Source: Lama glama
Taxonomy: Eukaryota
Direction: 5' to 3'
DNA: 64,000 nt
NCBI GenBank assembly: GCA_028534125.1
Contig: CM052816.1
Location: forward strand, 87,484,001-87,548,000
Of this stretch, positions 63,200-64,000 are shown piece after piece. The position numbers were made by a program, and so were the translations under genes. Numbering within the stretch: the first letter of the stretch is position 1; each line of letters starts with the position of its first letter. A model generated the notes under the pieces. It saw only the letters and a program-made list of their open reading frames with translations. It had not been told where the DNA came from and did no database searches.

Positions 63200-63420
63200 T
63201 TATTCAGGAAGCATATTTGAGTGATCAGTCTGTATAAGGACCTGTGCTCAGGATACAGTGATATGCAAATGGATATGACCCACACTCTTAAGTCTAGTGG
63301 GGGACATGGACAATCATGAGGGCCTACAAGTAAGTGGAAAATCGTAGTGTTGAACATCCTCCGAAGAAAAGTTACACCATGCCATGAATGTCCTCAAGAG
63401 GGCCTTCACAGTCTTACCTA
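63200..63420 (-). mobile_element. L2 fragment
   Basis: TATTCAGGAAGCATATTTGAGTG...CTGTGCTCAGGATACAGTGA...AGTCTAGTGGGGGA. Confidence 0.6.
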
Positions 63421-64000
63421 ATGATTTCCTGGCAAAAGTAATCATATTGCTTATAGTAATTGAATTTTTCTGATGACTTTTACCTAAGATTCACCTACAA
63501 TTTTAGATTACTTTATCCCATGTTATAAAAATTGCCTGCCAGATGTTACAACAACCAAAACACTACATAATTACCAATTAAAAAATTGGTGCAAAAAACT
63601 TATTAAAATAATATGATCTCTAAATATTTTTTATTCAGTGATTATGGTAGCATGTATTGCTTTGCTGCTTTCCATGTTTTTTGGTGAGTCTGGAGACCCT
63701 GCTTTCATAATAAAGTTGTAAAATGTAAAATTCAGTACAATTATAAAAATTGAGTCTCGATGCCCCAAATCATATAAATTTATTTGCTTAAATTTTAGCA
63801 TTGATATTGTTTGATTACAAGGAAATGAGCTTTTAATAGTATATAAGTATTTGCCTCTTTATATTTATGGAATCATGTAGAATTGTTCTGTTATTTTGCT
63901 AGTGTCTCTACAGAGAGAAAACTCAAAACAATTCTCTACTACATAGACCGATTCTCACAGACCTGGTATTATTGAATAAGGAGATTCTGGCCTAAAGGAT

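Noticed and set aside
1..64000. L1 strand bias as a sign of a host gene
   Set aside because: L1 relics occur on both strands in similar numbers, so no transcription direction can be inferred.
1..64000. Novel multi-gene system, or viral, bacterial or mitochondrial insert
   Set aside because: No gene-dense segment, long non-transposon ORF or compositional shift unexplained by known repeats was seen. Short diverged inserts could be missed without a search.

Overview
This is AT-rich, CpG-depleted mammalian non-coding DNA (intergenic or deep intron), most likely from a camelid (alpaca/llama/camel), judging by two tRNA-derived SINEs that look like Vic-1. I recognise no host protein-coding gene. 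The ORFs in the track come from microsatellites, a 500-N gap, L1 relics or chance. Much of the window is fossil transposons: L1 of several ages (some nested), L2, MIR, CR1/L3, MaLR and ERVL LTRs, and hAT and Tigger DNA elements. Repeat names come from recognising consensus motifs by eye, so subfamilies and most boundaries are approximate. I found no convincing new biological system. The best leads: (1) two short L1 3' copies that both stop just before the G-quadruplex tract of the L1 3'UTR; (2) a frame-preserving 147-nt exon-like segment overlapping a hairpin; (3) a 21/24-nt microexon-like motif in a repeat-poor block; (4) an MLT2 LTR joined to MaLR-like internal sequence; (5) a perfect 61-bp tandem duplication.
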